Shown: positions 31,843 to 43,341 of the stretch, one piece after another | Layout: each line of letters begins with the position of its first letter | Position numbering within the stretch: position 1 is the stretch's first letter | Assembly (NCBI GenBank): GCA_049966275.1 | Contig: JBMFUY010000002.1 | Span: 1-46,194 of the forward strand | Reading direction: 5' to 3' | Length of the DNA: 46,194 bases | Source: a bacterium | GTDB lineage: Bacteria > JAMCPX01 | Position numbers and translations under genes: made by a program | The notes under the pieces: generated by a model | What the model saw: the letters and a program-made list of their open reading frames with translations, nothing else | Database searches by the model: none | Told to the model about the DNA's origin: nothing

Positions 31843-34233
31843 ATGATTAAAAGATTTATAACAATAATTTCATTTGTAGTATTGGTAATAGCTGGAGTTG
31901 TTCCTCTGCAAGCTCAGGAACCAGGTCTGGCCATTACATCTGTTACAGTACACAAACCAGTGTTAAAAAAGAAGTCCACAGAAACGCCTAAGGTTACAAT
32001 GGACTTCAATGATGTTGATATAAAGGACTTTATTAAGGTAATAAGCAAGATCACAGGTAAGGACTTTATACTTGGGCAAAATGTTTCTGGTAAGGTTACC
32101 ATCATATCCCCAACGCCGGTAACCATAGATGAGGCGTGGAGGATATTTGAATCTGTCCTGCAGGTGAACCAGTTAACAACCGTTGGGACTGGCAATGTTA
32201 TAAAGATCATGCAGTTGCAGTCTGCAAAAGGAGCAGACATAAGCACATATTTTGGTAGAGAGCCTGAAAAGAGAAGCGATGTTTATATTACACAGGTAGT
32301 TCCACTTCACTATATAACTGCAAATGATATGGCTAATGTTTTGAGACCCTTTTTATCATCGTTTGGAAACATTCAGCCGTACGACCCAACAAACACCCTG
32401 ATCATTACAGAATCCGCGTCAAATATAGATAGGCTTCTGAAGATCATCAAAGAGCTGGACACAGATATAAACAGACAAACCATTCAGGTGATAAGACTTA
32501 AATACGCTACAGCTCAAAGTATTGCCAGTATAATAAGCAATCTTTATTCGGGCCAAACAAAACCTGTATTGGGTTTCTTCAGACCAAACCAACCAGCTCA
32601 GTCTCAACCCATTAAGGTTCTGTCTGATGACAGGACAAACTCTATTATTGTTGTTGCAAGTGCAGAAGAGATAGCATCAATTGAAGCTTTGATCCAGAAA
32701 TTAGATGTACCTGTAGCAGGTGAAGGGCAGATACATGTTTACTACCTTAAAAATGCAAATGCAGAAAAGCTTGCTTCAACCCTTGCAACGCTTGCTGGTA
32801 GCACCACACCATCCATGCCAGGTCAACCAGCTCAGCATGGTCCATCAGTAGCTCAGCTCTCAGGTGGTGTAAAGATAACAGCTGACCCATCTACAAACTC
32901 TCTTATCATTATAGCGTCACCACAGGATTATCAGGTTATTAAGAATGTTGTACAGCAACTTGATATAAGAAGAAGACAGGTTTATGTTCAGGCGGTTATT
33001 GCCGAGCTTTCACTCAGTGGCTCAAAGCAACTCGGTGTTGATCTCAATGCCATACCAAACCTTTATTCCGGAGGGACACAGGTGGGTGCAGTCAGTAATA
33101 TGGGTGCAGGAAGTCAGATGCTTCCAACAACGACAAGCCCACTTGGACCATTCAGTCAATCTGGTATATCAATGGGTGTTATAAATGGTACCATCACACT
33201 TAATGGGGTTACGTATCCTAACATTATTGCATTTATCAATGCACTTGAGACCAACAGTGAAGCCAACGTGTTATCCACCCCTAATATTCTTGCAACAGAC
33301 AATGAGCCTGCAGAGATCATGGTTGGAGAAAATGTACCTATTCCAACAGGTCAGGCAATTGGTCAGATCAGTGGATATACACAGACGTTCGTTCAGAGAC
33401 AGGATGTGGGCTTGAAGCTTAAAATCACACCACAGATCAATGCAGGAGATTATGTAAGATTGAAGCTGGATTTCGAGCTTACCTCTATTATACCTTCACC
33501 ACAGGGATTGAATGCCAATGAAGTTGGAATTACAACTTCAAAACGATCTGCACAAACTGTGGTTACAGTTAAGGACAGAAGCACAATAGTGATTGGAGGA
33601 TTACTGCAAAACAACTCAAGTGTGAGTGAGAGTAAGATTCCATTCCTTGGGGATCTCCCATTAATTGGATGGCTTTTCAGATATTCAAACAAATCAAAGG
33701 ACAAAACAGACCTTATGATCTTTCTTACTCCTTACATAGTAAAGAGTGAAGCAGACATAGCCAAGATAAATGAGATGAAAGAAGAACAATCCAGAAAATT
33801 TGAGAAAGAGACATTTGGTTATGAGCTGAAGAACAGCCCATTTAAGGCAACATTTGATGAGATGAATAAGGCTATGAAAGAGAACACAAAACCGCCAGCT
33901 CCTCTGTTGTTTACCGGTGAAACATATATTACGCCTGAGGGAGAATTTACAGTTGGTCAGAAATCATTAACAGAAACAGGTACCACTATTACAACCGGAA
34001 CCGCTATTACAACTGGAACCACATCAACTATTACAGGCACCTCATTATCAACTATTACAGGCACCTCATTTACACAGCAGGTAACTGGAACAACAATAAC
34101 AACAGGTATACCTGAAGTTGTTACCCCAAAAGCATTAGAAGAGCCAACCTCCACAACAACTGCTGTGCCGCTAACCGGAAACACATTCACCAATCAAGCC
34201 ATAAAACCAGCTGAGACAACAAACAAACCATGA
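31843..34233 (+). CDS. gspD: Type II secretion system secretin with a Thr/Gly-rich C-terminal extension
   Basis: 796 aa. It has a signal peptide, N0-N3 domains (DFNDVDIKDFIKVISKITGKDFIL) and a secretin core (IPFLGDLPLIGWLFR). About 170 aa of extra C-terminal sequence includes TGTTITTGTAITTGTTSTITGTSLSTITGTSF. Confidence 0.92.
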   Translation: MIKRFITIISFVVLVIAGVVPLQAQEPGLAITSVTVHKPVLKKKSTETPKVTMDFNDVDIKDFIKVISKITGKDFILGQNVSGKVTIISPTPVTIDEAWRIFESVLQVNQLTTVGTGNVIKIMQLQSAKGADISTYFGREPEKRSDVYITQVVPLHYITANDMANVLRPFLSSFGNIQPYDPTNTLIITESASNIDRLLKIIKELDTDINRQTIQVIRLKYATAQSIASIISNLYSGQTKPVLGFFRPNQPAQSQPIKVLSDDRTNSIIVVASAEEIASIEALIQKLDVPVAGEGQIHVYYLKNANAEKLASTLATLAGSTTPSMPGQPAQHGPSVAQLSGGVKITADPSTNSLIIIASPQDYQVIKNVVQQLDIRRRQVYVQAVIAELSLSGSKQLGVDLNAIPNLYSGGTQVGAVSNMGAGSQMLPTTTSPLGPFSQSGISMGVINGTITLNGVTYPNIIAFINALETNSEANVLSTPNILATDNEPAEIMVGENVPIPTGQAIGQISGYTQTFVQRQDVGLKLKITPQINAGDYVRLKLDFELTSIIPSPQGLNANEVGITTSKRSAQTVVTVKDRSTIVIGGLLQNNSSVSESKIPFLGDLPLIGWLFRYSNKSKDKTDLMIFLTPYIVKSEADIAKINEMKEEQSRKFEKETFGYELKNSPFKATFDEMNKAMKENTKPPAPLLFTGETYITPEGEFTVGQKSLTETGTTITTGTAITTGTTSTITGTSLSTITGTSFTQQVTGTTITTGIPEVVTPKALEEPTSTTTAVPLTGNTFTNQAIKPAETTNKP
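34024..34071 (+). repeat. In-frame tandem duplication (2 x 24 nt) inside the gspD tail
   Basis: TCAACTATTACAGGCACCTCATTA (34024-34047) is followed directly by TCAACTATTACAGGCACCTCATTT (34048-34071). Identity is 23/24. The units encode STITGTSL and STITGTSF. Confidence 0.9.
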
Positions 34234-35942
34234 AAAAACATGTTTTATTAGGAGAATTACTCTCAAACATTATAACACCTGAGCAACTGGAAGAAGCACT
34301 CACCTACCAGAAGGAAAAGGGAGGCAGGCTGGGTGAACTGCTTGTAACCAGATTCAAATTTATAACAGATGTTGATCTTGTTAAGGCTCTGGCAGAGCAG
34401 TTTGATATAGAGTACATACCCAATCTGACAGGCATGAAGTTAGATGTGGAATTGATCCAGAAGTTTCCTAAAACCTTTTCAAGACGTTTTGGTATAATTC
34501 CGATAGATAAGATAAATGGGTTTGTTAGACTTGGCATAACTGATCCTACAAACATTGAGGCTATAAATGATGCTGAACACTTCCTTGGTATGCCTGTTAT
34601 ACCTGTGCTTGTAACGCAGAGGGATGTTATGAATGCTGTTAATATATACTACGACAGAATAGATGTGAGTACAGAAGAGATGGTTGATGAACTTGAAGAG
34701 GCAAATCTTGATCATGTTGCGCAGGAGTTAAGCGAACCAGAGGATCTGCTTGATGCAACGGATGAAGCTCCTATTATAAGGTTGATCAATTCACTGCTAT
34801 TTGAGGCGGTGAAGAAAAGGGCAAGTGATATACATATAGAACCATTTGAAAAGGAGCTCTCTGTTAGATACCGTATAGATGGCATACTGTACGAAATCAT
34901 AAAGCCTCCAAAACGATTTCAGTCAAGTATTATCTCAAGGGTTAAGGTAATGGCAGGTATGAACATTGCTGAAAAGAGATTACCTCAGGATGGAAGAATT
35001 CGTATCAAGATCGCTGGTAAGGATATTGATATAAGAACATCTGTTATCCCAACCTCTTTTGGAGAGAGGGTTGTTATGAGGTTGCTTGATAGGTCAAGCG
35101 TGCTTATTGGACTTGATAATATAGGGCTCTCGGATGAGAAACTGAAACTCGTAAAGCAACTTATAAGAAGGAGTAATGGCATTATTCTTGTAACAGGACC
35201 AACAGGAAGTGGTAAAACAACAACTCTGTACTCTGTGTTGTCTGTACTTAATTCGCCTGAGGTTAATATATTGACCATTGAGGATCCTGTAGAGTATCAG
35301 ATAAAGGGTATCGGACAGATACAGGTTAATCCAAAGATAGATCTAACGTTTGCAAATGGTTTACGTTCTATTCTCAGGCAGGATCCTGATATTGTGCTTG
35401 TTGGTGAAATAAGAGATAGGGAGACTGCAGAGATAGCTGTTCAGGCATCACTGACCGGGCATCTCGTTTTTTCCACACTACACACAAACGACTCAGCAGG
35501 TGGCATAACAAGGTTGATAGACATGGGCATTGAACCATTTCTTGTATCTTCTTCTGTCGTTGCAATAATAGCACAGAGACTTGTAAGAACAATATGCCCG
35601 GTATGTAAAACACCTTACACACCAACAGAAGAGGAGTTAATGGAGATAGGGATCACAAGGGATCAGCTTAAGGACAATGTACTTTATAAGGGTAATGGTT
35701 GTGTAAACTGTGTTAACACAGGGTACAAAGGTAGAACCGGTATTTATGAGATACTCATCATTGATGATGAGATACGTTCGATGATCACAAGGGGTGTTGA
35801 TTCCACAATGATAAAGCATGCTGCAATGAAAAAGGGTATGACTACCTTAAAGGAAGATGGTATTAAAAAGGTTATCAATGGCATTACAACTATTAAAGAG
35901 GTTTTGAGGGTTACTCAGGAAGAAGTAACAGAGGTTGTTTGA
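34230..35942 (+). CDS. gspE: Type II secretion ATPase GspE (with MshEN-like N-terminal domain)
   Basis: 570 aa. Motifs are Walker A GPTGSGKTT, the Asp/His boxes, and the tetracysteine CPVC...CVNC. The start overlaps the gspD stop (ATGA). Confidence 0.93.
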   Translation: MKKHVLLGELLSNIITPEQLEEALTYQKEKGGRLGELLVTRFKFITDVDLVKALAEQFDIEYIPNLTGMKLDVELIQKFPKTFSRRFGIIPIDKINGFVRLGITDPTNIEAINDAEHFLGMPVIPVLVTQRDVMNAVNIYYDRIDVSTEEMVDELEEANLDHVAQELSEPEDLLDATDEAPIIRLINSLLFEAVKKRASDIHIEPFEKELSVRYRIDGILYEIIKPPKRFQSSIISRVKVMAGMNIAEKRLPQDGRIRIKIAGKDIDIRTSVIPTSFGERVVMRLLDRSSVLIGLDNIGLSDEKLKLVKQLIRRSNGIILVTGPTGSGKTTTLYSVLSVLNSPEVNILTIEDPVEYQIKGIGQIQVNPKIDLTFANGLRSILRQDPDIVLVGEIRDRETAEIAVQASLTGHLVFSTLHTNDSAGGITRLIDMGIEPFLVSSSVVAIIAQRLVRTICPVCKTPYTPTEEELMEIGITRDQLKDNVLYKGNGCVNCVNTGYKGRTGIYEILIIDDEIRSMITRGVDSTMIKHAAMKKGMTTLKEDGIKKVINGITTIKEVLRVTQEEVTEVV

Positions 35943-35947
35943 TATAT

Positions 35948-37171
35948 ATGCCAATATTTGAATACAGGGGATTCACAGTTCAGGGCAAATCCATACGTGG
36001 TGTAATAGAAGCAGACAATCAGCACACTGCAAGGGTAAAGCTTAAAGAAAATGGTATATACGCTACTGAATTCAAACAGGAGGTAGAAGAGCAATCTGAT
36101 AATATAGCTAAAACAAGTGTGTCTGATCTCCTGACAAGTATAAAACAGCAGGATGTTGCAATTGTAACAAGGCAGCTTTCAAGCCTCATAGGCGCCGGGC
36201 TAACGCTTGTTGATGCGCTTGATGCGGTTCTTGAACAGGTGGATAAGATCAAATTAAAACGGATACTGAGCAATGTTAAAACAAAGATCAATGAGGGAAG
36301 CACGTTTGCAGATGCATTAAAGACAGCTCCAAAGGTCTTTCCGGAGTTTTATGTGAATATGGTATCTGCTGGTGAATCAAGTGGTGCACTGGATGTGGTA
36401 CTTCAGAGGCTTGCGGATTATATAGAAACACAGGTGAGGCTGAGAAACAGGGTGATAGCCACATTGATTTATCCTGCAATCATGATTGTGCTTGCCACAC
36501 TTGTTGTTATAACACTTATGACATTTGTTATTCCCAAGGTAACACAACTATTCAAGGACGTTAATCAAACACTACCGATCTTTACGAGAATGCTTATCTT
36601 TATAAGCAATATGATGAGTTCATACTGGTATGTATTTGTAATATTGCTTATAGGTGCTTATTATATATTCAGATGGTATATAAAGACTGAGAATGGGCGT
36701 AAGAAATATGAAGCTTTTTTACTTAAGATTCCTGTTTTCGGAAGGCTTATAAAACTGGTTATTATAGCGAGGTTTGCACGCACTTTAGCTACATTACTGA
36801 AAAGCGGGGTGCCAGTGGTAAAGGCTATGGATATAGTCAAAACAATTGTTAACAACAGTGTTATTGGTCAGGCAATAGAAAAGGCAAAGGTCTCCATAGT
36901 AGAAGGCTCCTCTATTTCAGCACCTTTAAGAGCAAGTGGGGTTTTCCCACCAATGGTAACAAGGATGATAGCTGTTGGAGAACAGAGTGGAGAACTGGAA
37001 AACATGCTTGAGAAGATCGCTGTAACGTATGAAGACAATGTTGCCACTGCAGTGAGTACGCTTACTGCTTTGCTTGAACCTGTTATCATATTGATAATGG
37101 CAGGGATAGTATTGTTCATAATTCTATCCGTGCTTTTGCCAATATTCCAGATGAACCAATTGGTGCATTAG
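35948..37171 (+). CDS. gspF: Type II secretion inner-membrane platform protein GspF
   Basis: The start is taken as ATG 35948 (MPIFEYRGF...). The ORF-track start 35939 is a TTG. The product is 407 aa with duplicated GspF domains and three TM segments. Confidence 0.9.
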   Translation: MPIFEYRGFTVQGKSIRGVIEADNQHTARVKLKENGIYATEFKQEVEEQSDNIAKTSVSDLLTSIKQQDVAIVTRQLSSLIGAGLTLVDALDAVLEQVDKIKLKRILSNVKTKINEGSTFADALKTAPKVFPEFYVNMVSAGESSGALDVVLQRLADYIETQVRLRNRVIATLIYPAIMIVLATLVVITLMTFVIPKVTQLFKDVNQTLPIFTRMLIFISNMMSSYWYVFVILLIGAYYIFRWYIKTENGRKKYEAFLLKIPVFGRLIKLVIIARFARTLATLLKSGVPVVKAMDIVKTIVNNSVIGQAIEKAKVSIVEGSSISAPLRASGVFPPMVTRMIAVGEQSGELENMLEKIAVTYEDNVATAVSTLTALLEPVIILIMAGIVLFIILSVLLPIFQMNQLVH

Positions 37172-37260
37172 GAGGTAAGATCATGAAATATCAGAATACA
37201 AACCATGGTTTCAAAAACATGTTTGTTCAAATTGAGGATAGGATAAAGTTTCATAGAAGT

Positions 37261-37716
37261 ATGGGGATGAAAGAGATACATCAGGAAGGCTTCACCCTTA
37301 TAGAGATAATGGTGGTTGTGCTTATAATAGGTTTGTTGGCAACCCTTGTAGCAGTGAATGTTTTACCACGAAAAGAAGAGGCTAACAGGGTTAAGGCTTG
37401 CGCTGATATAAAGTCTCTTGAAACCGCTCTGAAGCTTTATTACCTTGATAATCACATGTATCCGACAACAGAGCAGGGGTTGAAGGCGCTTGTTGAAAAA
37501 CCTACAACCGGTAAAATACCGTGCTGTTGGAAAGAAGGTGGTTACATTGAAGGTGGTCACATACCAAAGGATCCATGGGGTAATGATTATGTATACATCA
37601 GTCCTGCTCCAAATGGAGCAGACTATGAGATCATTTCCTATGGTGCTGATGGCAAGCCAGGTGGCGAGGGTAAGGACAAAGATATAACAAGCCTTGACAC
37701 AGGGGAATGCCAGTAA
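37261..37716 (+). CDS. gspG: Major pseudopilin GspG
   Basis: The prepilin leader and cleavage motif are M(G)MKEIHQEG/FTLIEIMVVVLIIGLLA. The GspG core is PKDPWGNDYVY...GADGKPGGEGKDKDI. The start is chosen as ATG 37261 or 37267, giving a short leader. The ORF-track start 37183 would give an atypical 34-aa leader. Confidence 0.88.
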   Translation: MGMKEIHQEGFTLIEIMVVVLIIGLLATLVAVNVLPRKEEANRVKACADIKSLETALKLYYLDNHMYPTTEQGLKALVEKPTTGKIPCCWKEGGYIEGGHIPKDPWGNDYVYISPAPNGADYEIISYGADGKPGGEGKDKDITSLDTGECQ

Positions 37717-37741
37717 TGTATTCATTCCTTCCAACCTGATT

Positions 37742-38314
37742 ATGAGTGTGTCAAGAATAAGCCATGCTAAATATTCTGAACCGGCTTTTTCCCATAACGC
37801 TGGTTTTACACTTATTGAACTGGCTGTGGTGTTGTTTATCATTGTGGTTGTATTGAGCATTGCTACCCCGCGTCTTATGGATCTAACAGGTGTGGAGTTG
37901 AGAACATCAGCCCAGAGACTATCCTCCACCATAAGGTATGTGTATGCAAAGGCTGTGTTCTCAAAAACAGATTTTTACAGGATGAAATTTGATCTGCAAA
38001 AAAATGAATACTGGGTAGAAACATGTACACCATCTATTGAAACCAACACATGTGAATGGCACCAGGACACCAGCACCCTTGGCAAACCAGAAAAACTCCC
38101 GCATGGTATAAAGTTTGAAGATATAATAGTTAATACAACCATGGTGAGTAAAGAAGCAACGGATGTGGCAATACAGTTTTATCCCCAGGGGTATATGCCC
38201 TATACGATCATTCATCTTGAAGACGATAAAAAGGATGTGTATTCACTCGAAGTAAACCCATTCACCGGTCAGGTTGCAATATACGATAAATACTATGAGC
38301 CAGAAAAATCTTGA
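37742..38314 (+). CDS. gspH: Minor pseudopilin (GspH-like)
   Basis: It has the prepilin-type N-terminal motif AGFTLIELAVVLFIIVVVLSIATP. Size and position after gspG fit GspH. The start is uncertain: ATG 37742 gives a 23-aa leader, against the ORF-track start 37694. Confidence 0.7.
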   Translation: MSVSRISHAKYSEPAFSHNAGFTLIELAVVLFIIVVVLSIATPRLMDLTGVELRTSAQRLSSTIRYVYAKAVFSKTDFYRMKFDLQKNEYWVETCTPSIETNTCEWHQDTSTLGKPEKLPHGIKFEDIIVNTTMVSKEATDVAIQFYPQGYMPYTIIHLEDDKKDVYSLEVNPFTGQVAIYDKYYEPEKS

Positions 38315-38726
38315 AAATGGATTTTCTTTGCTTGAGCTACTTGTTGCAGTGGCGATCCTTGCGGTTGCGCTTATATCCATTCAATCATTAGAAAATCAGA
38401 ATATAGATGCATCTAACTATATAAACGATACAAGCATTGCCATGATGCTTGCTGACTACAAACTTGGCGAAGAGAGTATTAAGGCAACATTTGGGGATTT
38501 TAATCCACCTGTAAAGTCATTTTCTGAACAATTCCCTTCATTTAAGGTTGAAGCTGTAACCCGGGACGAACTTACACTACCCATTGAATTGCCCATCAAT
38601 CTACCACCTGTACTTCTGGTAAATGTAAGCTGGAAGTTTCACAGTAATACTGAGAATCTTTTGTTGATAGATTACCTGCCCAATTTACAAAATGTTATAC
38701 CTACACCATCTGCAACAACCCATTGA
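38295..38726 (+). CDS. gspI: Minor pseudopilin (GspI-like)
   Basis: The prepilin motif is MSQKNLENG/FSLLELLVAVAILAVALISI. The product is 143 aa from ATG 38295. The TGA stop (38724-38726) lies inside the left end of repeat copy C. Confidence 0.7.
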   Translation: MSQKNLENGFSLLELLVAVAILAVALISIQSLENQNIDASNYINDTSIAMMLADYKLGEESIKATFGDFNPPVKSFSEQFPSFKVEAVTRDELTLPIELPINLPPVLLVNVSWKFHSNTENLLLIDYLPNLQNVIPTPSATTH

Positions 38727-38852
38727 CCCGGAAAATGCAATAATGTGGTAGGGGCTTAAAATTTTAAGCCCCTACGGCTCCGTCCGGGTACCCATGCTTC
38801 CCTATTTCGCAAACGCATTTTTTTGAGTTAACTATTGCATTTTTCGGGTTAA
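38723..38852 (+). repeat. Mosaic intergenic repeat, copy C (complete, with a duplicated right end)
   Basis: The left end is TTGACCCGGAAAATGCAATAA (38723-38743). A perfect 28-nt palindrome GTAGGGGCTTAAAATTTTAAGCCCCTAC lies at 38748-38775. Two tandem right-end units follow: CTTCCCTATTTCGCAAACGCATTTTTTTGAGTTAA, then CTATTGCATTTTTCGGGTTAA ending at 38852. Confidence 0.8.
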
Positions 38853-38903
38853 TAAATAATATTTAATTATGAGATTGTTTTATCTGTTTATTTTCATCAT
38901 TAA

Positions 38904-41068
<2,165 letters not shown>

Positions 41069-41092
41069 ATGATCAAAGTTTGAGGTTTTAAA

Positions 41093-42346
41093 ATGGATGT
41101 AAAGGATGTTGTTTCAATAGCCAGAATCTCCAAACAGGCGAGTTTAAAACTCGGTATTGCAGGCACTGATAAAAAGAACTCTGCACTTAAATTTATGGCA
41201 GATGCTCTTATGGATAAACGCAGGGATATAATGCAGGCAAATGCAATTGATGTTGAAATTGCTAAAAAGAATGGATTAAGTAAGGCTTTTATTGATAGAC
41301 TTACGATTACTGAAAAGACCTTTAATACAATGATTGATGGTATAAAAGAGGTGATAGCACTAAAAGATCCTGTTGGCGAAATAACCAGGGCATGGACAAG
41401 ACCCAATGGTTTGCTTGTTGGCAGAATGCGAATACCAATAGGTGTAATCCTGATCATTTATGAGTCAAGGCCAAATGTTACAGTAGATGCATCTGCATTA
41501 TGTATAAAATCAGGCAATGCAGTTATATTAAAAGGTGGGTCTGATGCGCTAAATTCAAACAGGGTAATAAGCAGGGTACTGTCAGATGCCTTAGAACTCG
41601 CAGGTCTACATTCTGATGCAATACAATTTATAGATACAGGAGAAAAGGATGTTCTGTATGAGTTATTAAAACAGGATGAATTTATAGACCTTGTTATACC
41701 AAGGGGCGGAGAAGAACTTATAAGGGCTGTAGCAGAACAATCTCGTATACCTGTGCTTAAACACTATAAAGGTGTATGCCATGTATTCGTGGATGAAGAC
41801 GCTGACATTGAGATGGCAAAGCGCGTGTGCTTTAATGCAAAGGTTCAAAGGCCCGGTGTATGTAATGCTATGGAAACGTTGCTTGTTCATAAAGATATTG
41901 CGCATAAGTTCCTTCCTGATATGGTGGATATGTACAAAAAGGCTGGTGTTGAGATTAGAGGGTGCGAGATCACACAGGGGATAGTGAAGGATATAAAACC
42001 TGCTACAGAGCAGGATTGGTTTACAGAGTACCTTGATTTAATCTTATCAATAAGGGTTGTTGATTCCATTGATCAGGCAATAGAACATATAAACCACTAT
42101 GGCTCACATCATACTGATTCAATAATAACAAAGGATGTAAACCATTCCATGAGGTTTTTAAGAGAGGTGGATTCTTCAACAGTACTTGTTAATGCTTCAA
42201 CAAGATTTAGTGATGGCTTTCAACTTGGGCTTGGTGCTGAGATTGGAATATCCACCTCAAAGCTACATGCATTTGGCCCAATGGGGCTTGAGGAGCTAAC
42301 AACCCAGAAGTTTGTTATAATGGGTAATGGTCAGATAAGGGAATAA
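41093..42346 (+). CDS. proA: Gamma-glutamyl phosphate reductase
   Basis: 417 aa in the aldehyde dehydrogenase superfamily, with the catalytic Cys in GVCNAMETLLVH. Confidence 0.94.
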   Translation: MDVKDVVSIARISKQASLKLGIAGTDKKNSALKFMADALMDKRRDIMQANAIDVEIAKKNGLSKAFIDRLTITEKTFNTMIDGIKEVIALKDPVGEITRAWTRPNGLLVGRMRIPIGVILIIYESRPNVTVDASALCIKSGNAVILKGGSDALNSNRVISRVLSDALELAGLHSDAIQFIDTGEKDVLYELLKQDEFIDLVIPRGGEELIRAVAEQSRIPVLKHYKGVCHVFVDEDADIEMAKRVCFNAKVQRPGVCNAMETLLVHKDIAHKFLPDMVDMYKKAGVEIRGCEITQGIVKDIKPATEQDWFTEYLDLILSIRVVDSIDQAIEHINHYGSHHTDSIITKDVNHSMRFLREVDSSTVLVNASTRFSDGFQLGLGAEIGISTSKLHAFGPMGLEELTTQKFVIMGNGQIRE

Positions 42347-42348
42347 AC

Positions 42349-42996
42349 GTGAAAAAACAGTTAGGTATTCTTGGCGGTAGTTTTAATCCTATTCACCTTG
42401 GTCACCTCAGGGGTGCAGAAGAGATAAGGCAGAGATTCGGGCTCGAAAAGATCCTGTTTATACCTACGTATATTCCCCCTCACAAACCCATGGATACAGT
42501 AATTGATTATAGCCACAGGAAATATATGACCCAACTTGCAATAAGTAACAATCCTTATTTTGTCCTTGAAGATATAGAGGAGCACCTGCCTGCACCTTCT
42601 TATTCTTTCAGAACTATCCAGGCTCTTATTGAGAAATACGGTCAAAGCACTGATTTTAGTTTTATTCTTGGTGAAGATGATTTTTCCAATATCCATACAT
42701 GGCACTCTCCATCAATGATCTTTTCTCTGTGTACAGTGATAGTGATAACAAGACATAGTATATCTAAAAAACTACCTCAGCTTTTGCCGGTTGATCTTAA
42801 AGATGATTTCTGGTATTCTGAAAAAGAAGAAGTGTTAATACATAAAAGTGGTAAAAAGGTTTATTTATCTGCTATTCCAGTGCTTGATATATCAGCGAGT
42901 AGAATACGATTGGCAGTAAAAAATGGGTTATCAGTACGCTATCTGATACCGGATTCTGTAATTGAGTATATAGAAAAGGAGAAACTGTACTATTAA
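42349..42996 (+). CDS. nadD: Nicotinate-nucleotide adenylyltransferase
   Basis: 215 aa with a GTG start. It has the nucleotidyltransferase motif GILGGSFNPIHLGHL and the ISASRIR motif near the C-terminus. Confidence 0.9.
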   Translation: MKKQLGILGGSFNPIHLGHLRGAEEIRQRFGLEKILFIPTYIPPHKPMDTVIDYSHRKYMTQLAISNNPYFVLEDIEEHLPAPSYSFRTIQALIEKYGQSTDFSFILGEDDFSNIHTWHSPSMIFSLCTVIVITRHSISKKLPQLLPVDLKDDFWYSEKEEVLIHKSGKKVYLSAIPVLDISASRIRLAVKNGLSVRYLIPDSVIEYIEKEKLYY

Positions 42997-43015
42997 TAGC
43001 TCTGTTTTAGAACTT

Positions 43016-43339
43016 GTGAAAAAGATAACCACCCTGCTGTCAGATAAACTTGCTGAAAACATCGTTGTCATTGATATGCGAAAACACTTGAGTATTGTTG
43101 ATTATTTTATAATCTGTTCAGTTAAATCAGATAGGCAATGCAGGGCAGTATCATGGTATTTAAGAGAAGAGCTTGGTAAAATAGGTATAAAACCTCAGGG
43201 TGTCGAGGGCGAGCAGGCAGGAGCATGGATCGTTATGGATTATTCTGATGTTGTTGTGCACATATTCCTTGATACTGTGAGGGCTTATTATGATATTGAG
43301 AGTTTATGGTCTGATGCAAAAAGGGCAGTGATAGAATAA
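43016..43339 (+). CDS. rsfS: Ribosomal silencing factor RsfS (Iojap family)
   Basis: 107 aa with a GTG start. The Iojap pattern (DYFIICSVKSDRQCRAVS ... WIVMDYSDVVVHIF) is present. It lies in the conserved nadD-rsfS-rlmH neighbourhood. Confidence 0.88.
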   Translation: MKKITTLLSDKLAENIVVIDMRKHLSIVDYFIICSVKSDRQCRAVSWYLREELGKIGIKPQGVEGEQAGAWIVMDYSDVVVHIFLDTVRAYYDIESLWSDAKRAVIE

Positions 43340-43341
43340 TA

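Noticed and set aside
34230-34400. The GspE N-terminal domain might be a c-di-GMP-binding MshEN domain. It has two RLGxxLLxxGLI...Q-like motifs separated by a 5-aa spacer, KEKGG.
   Set aside because: The domain type is plausible, but both motifs deviate from the consensus. Motif 1 has L for the first Arg, lacks the central Gly and is 2 residues short. Motif 2 has K for the Gly and one extra residue. A ligand-binding claim is not supportable from sequence.
37183-37260. The ORF-track start would give GspG a 34-aa leader before the G/FTLIE cleavage site.
   Set aside because: Prepilin leaders are typically short. In-frame ATGs at 37261 and 37267 give a normal 6-8-aa leader, so the upstream part is treated as non-coding.
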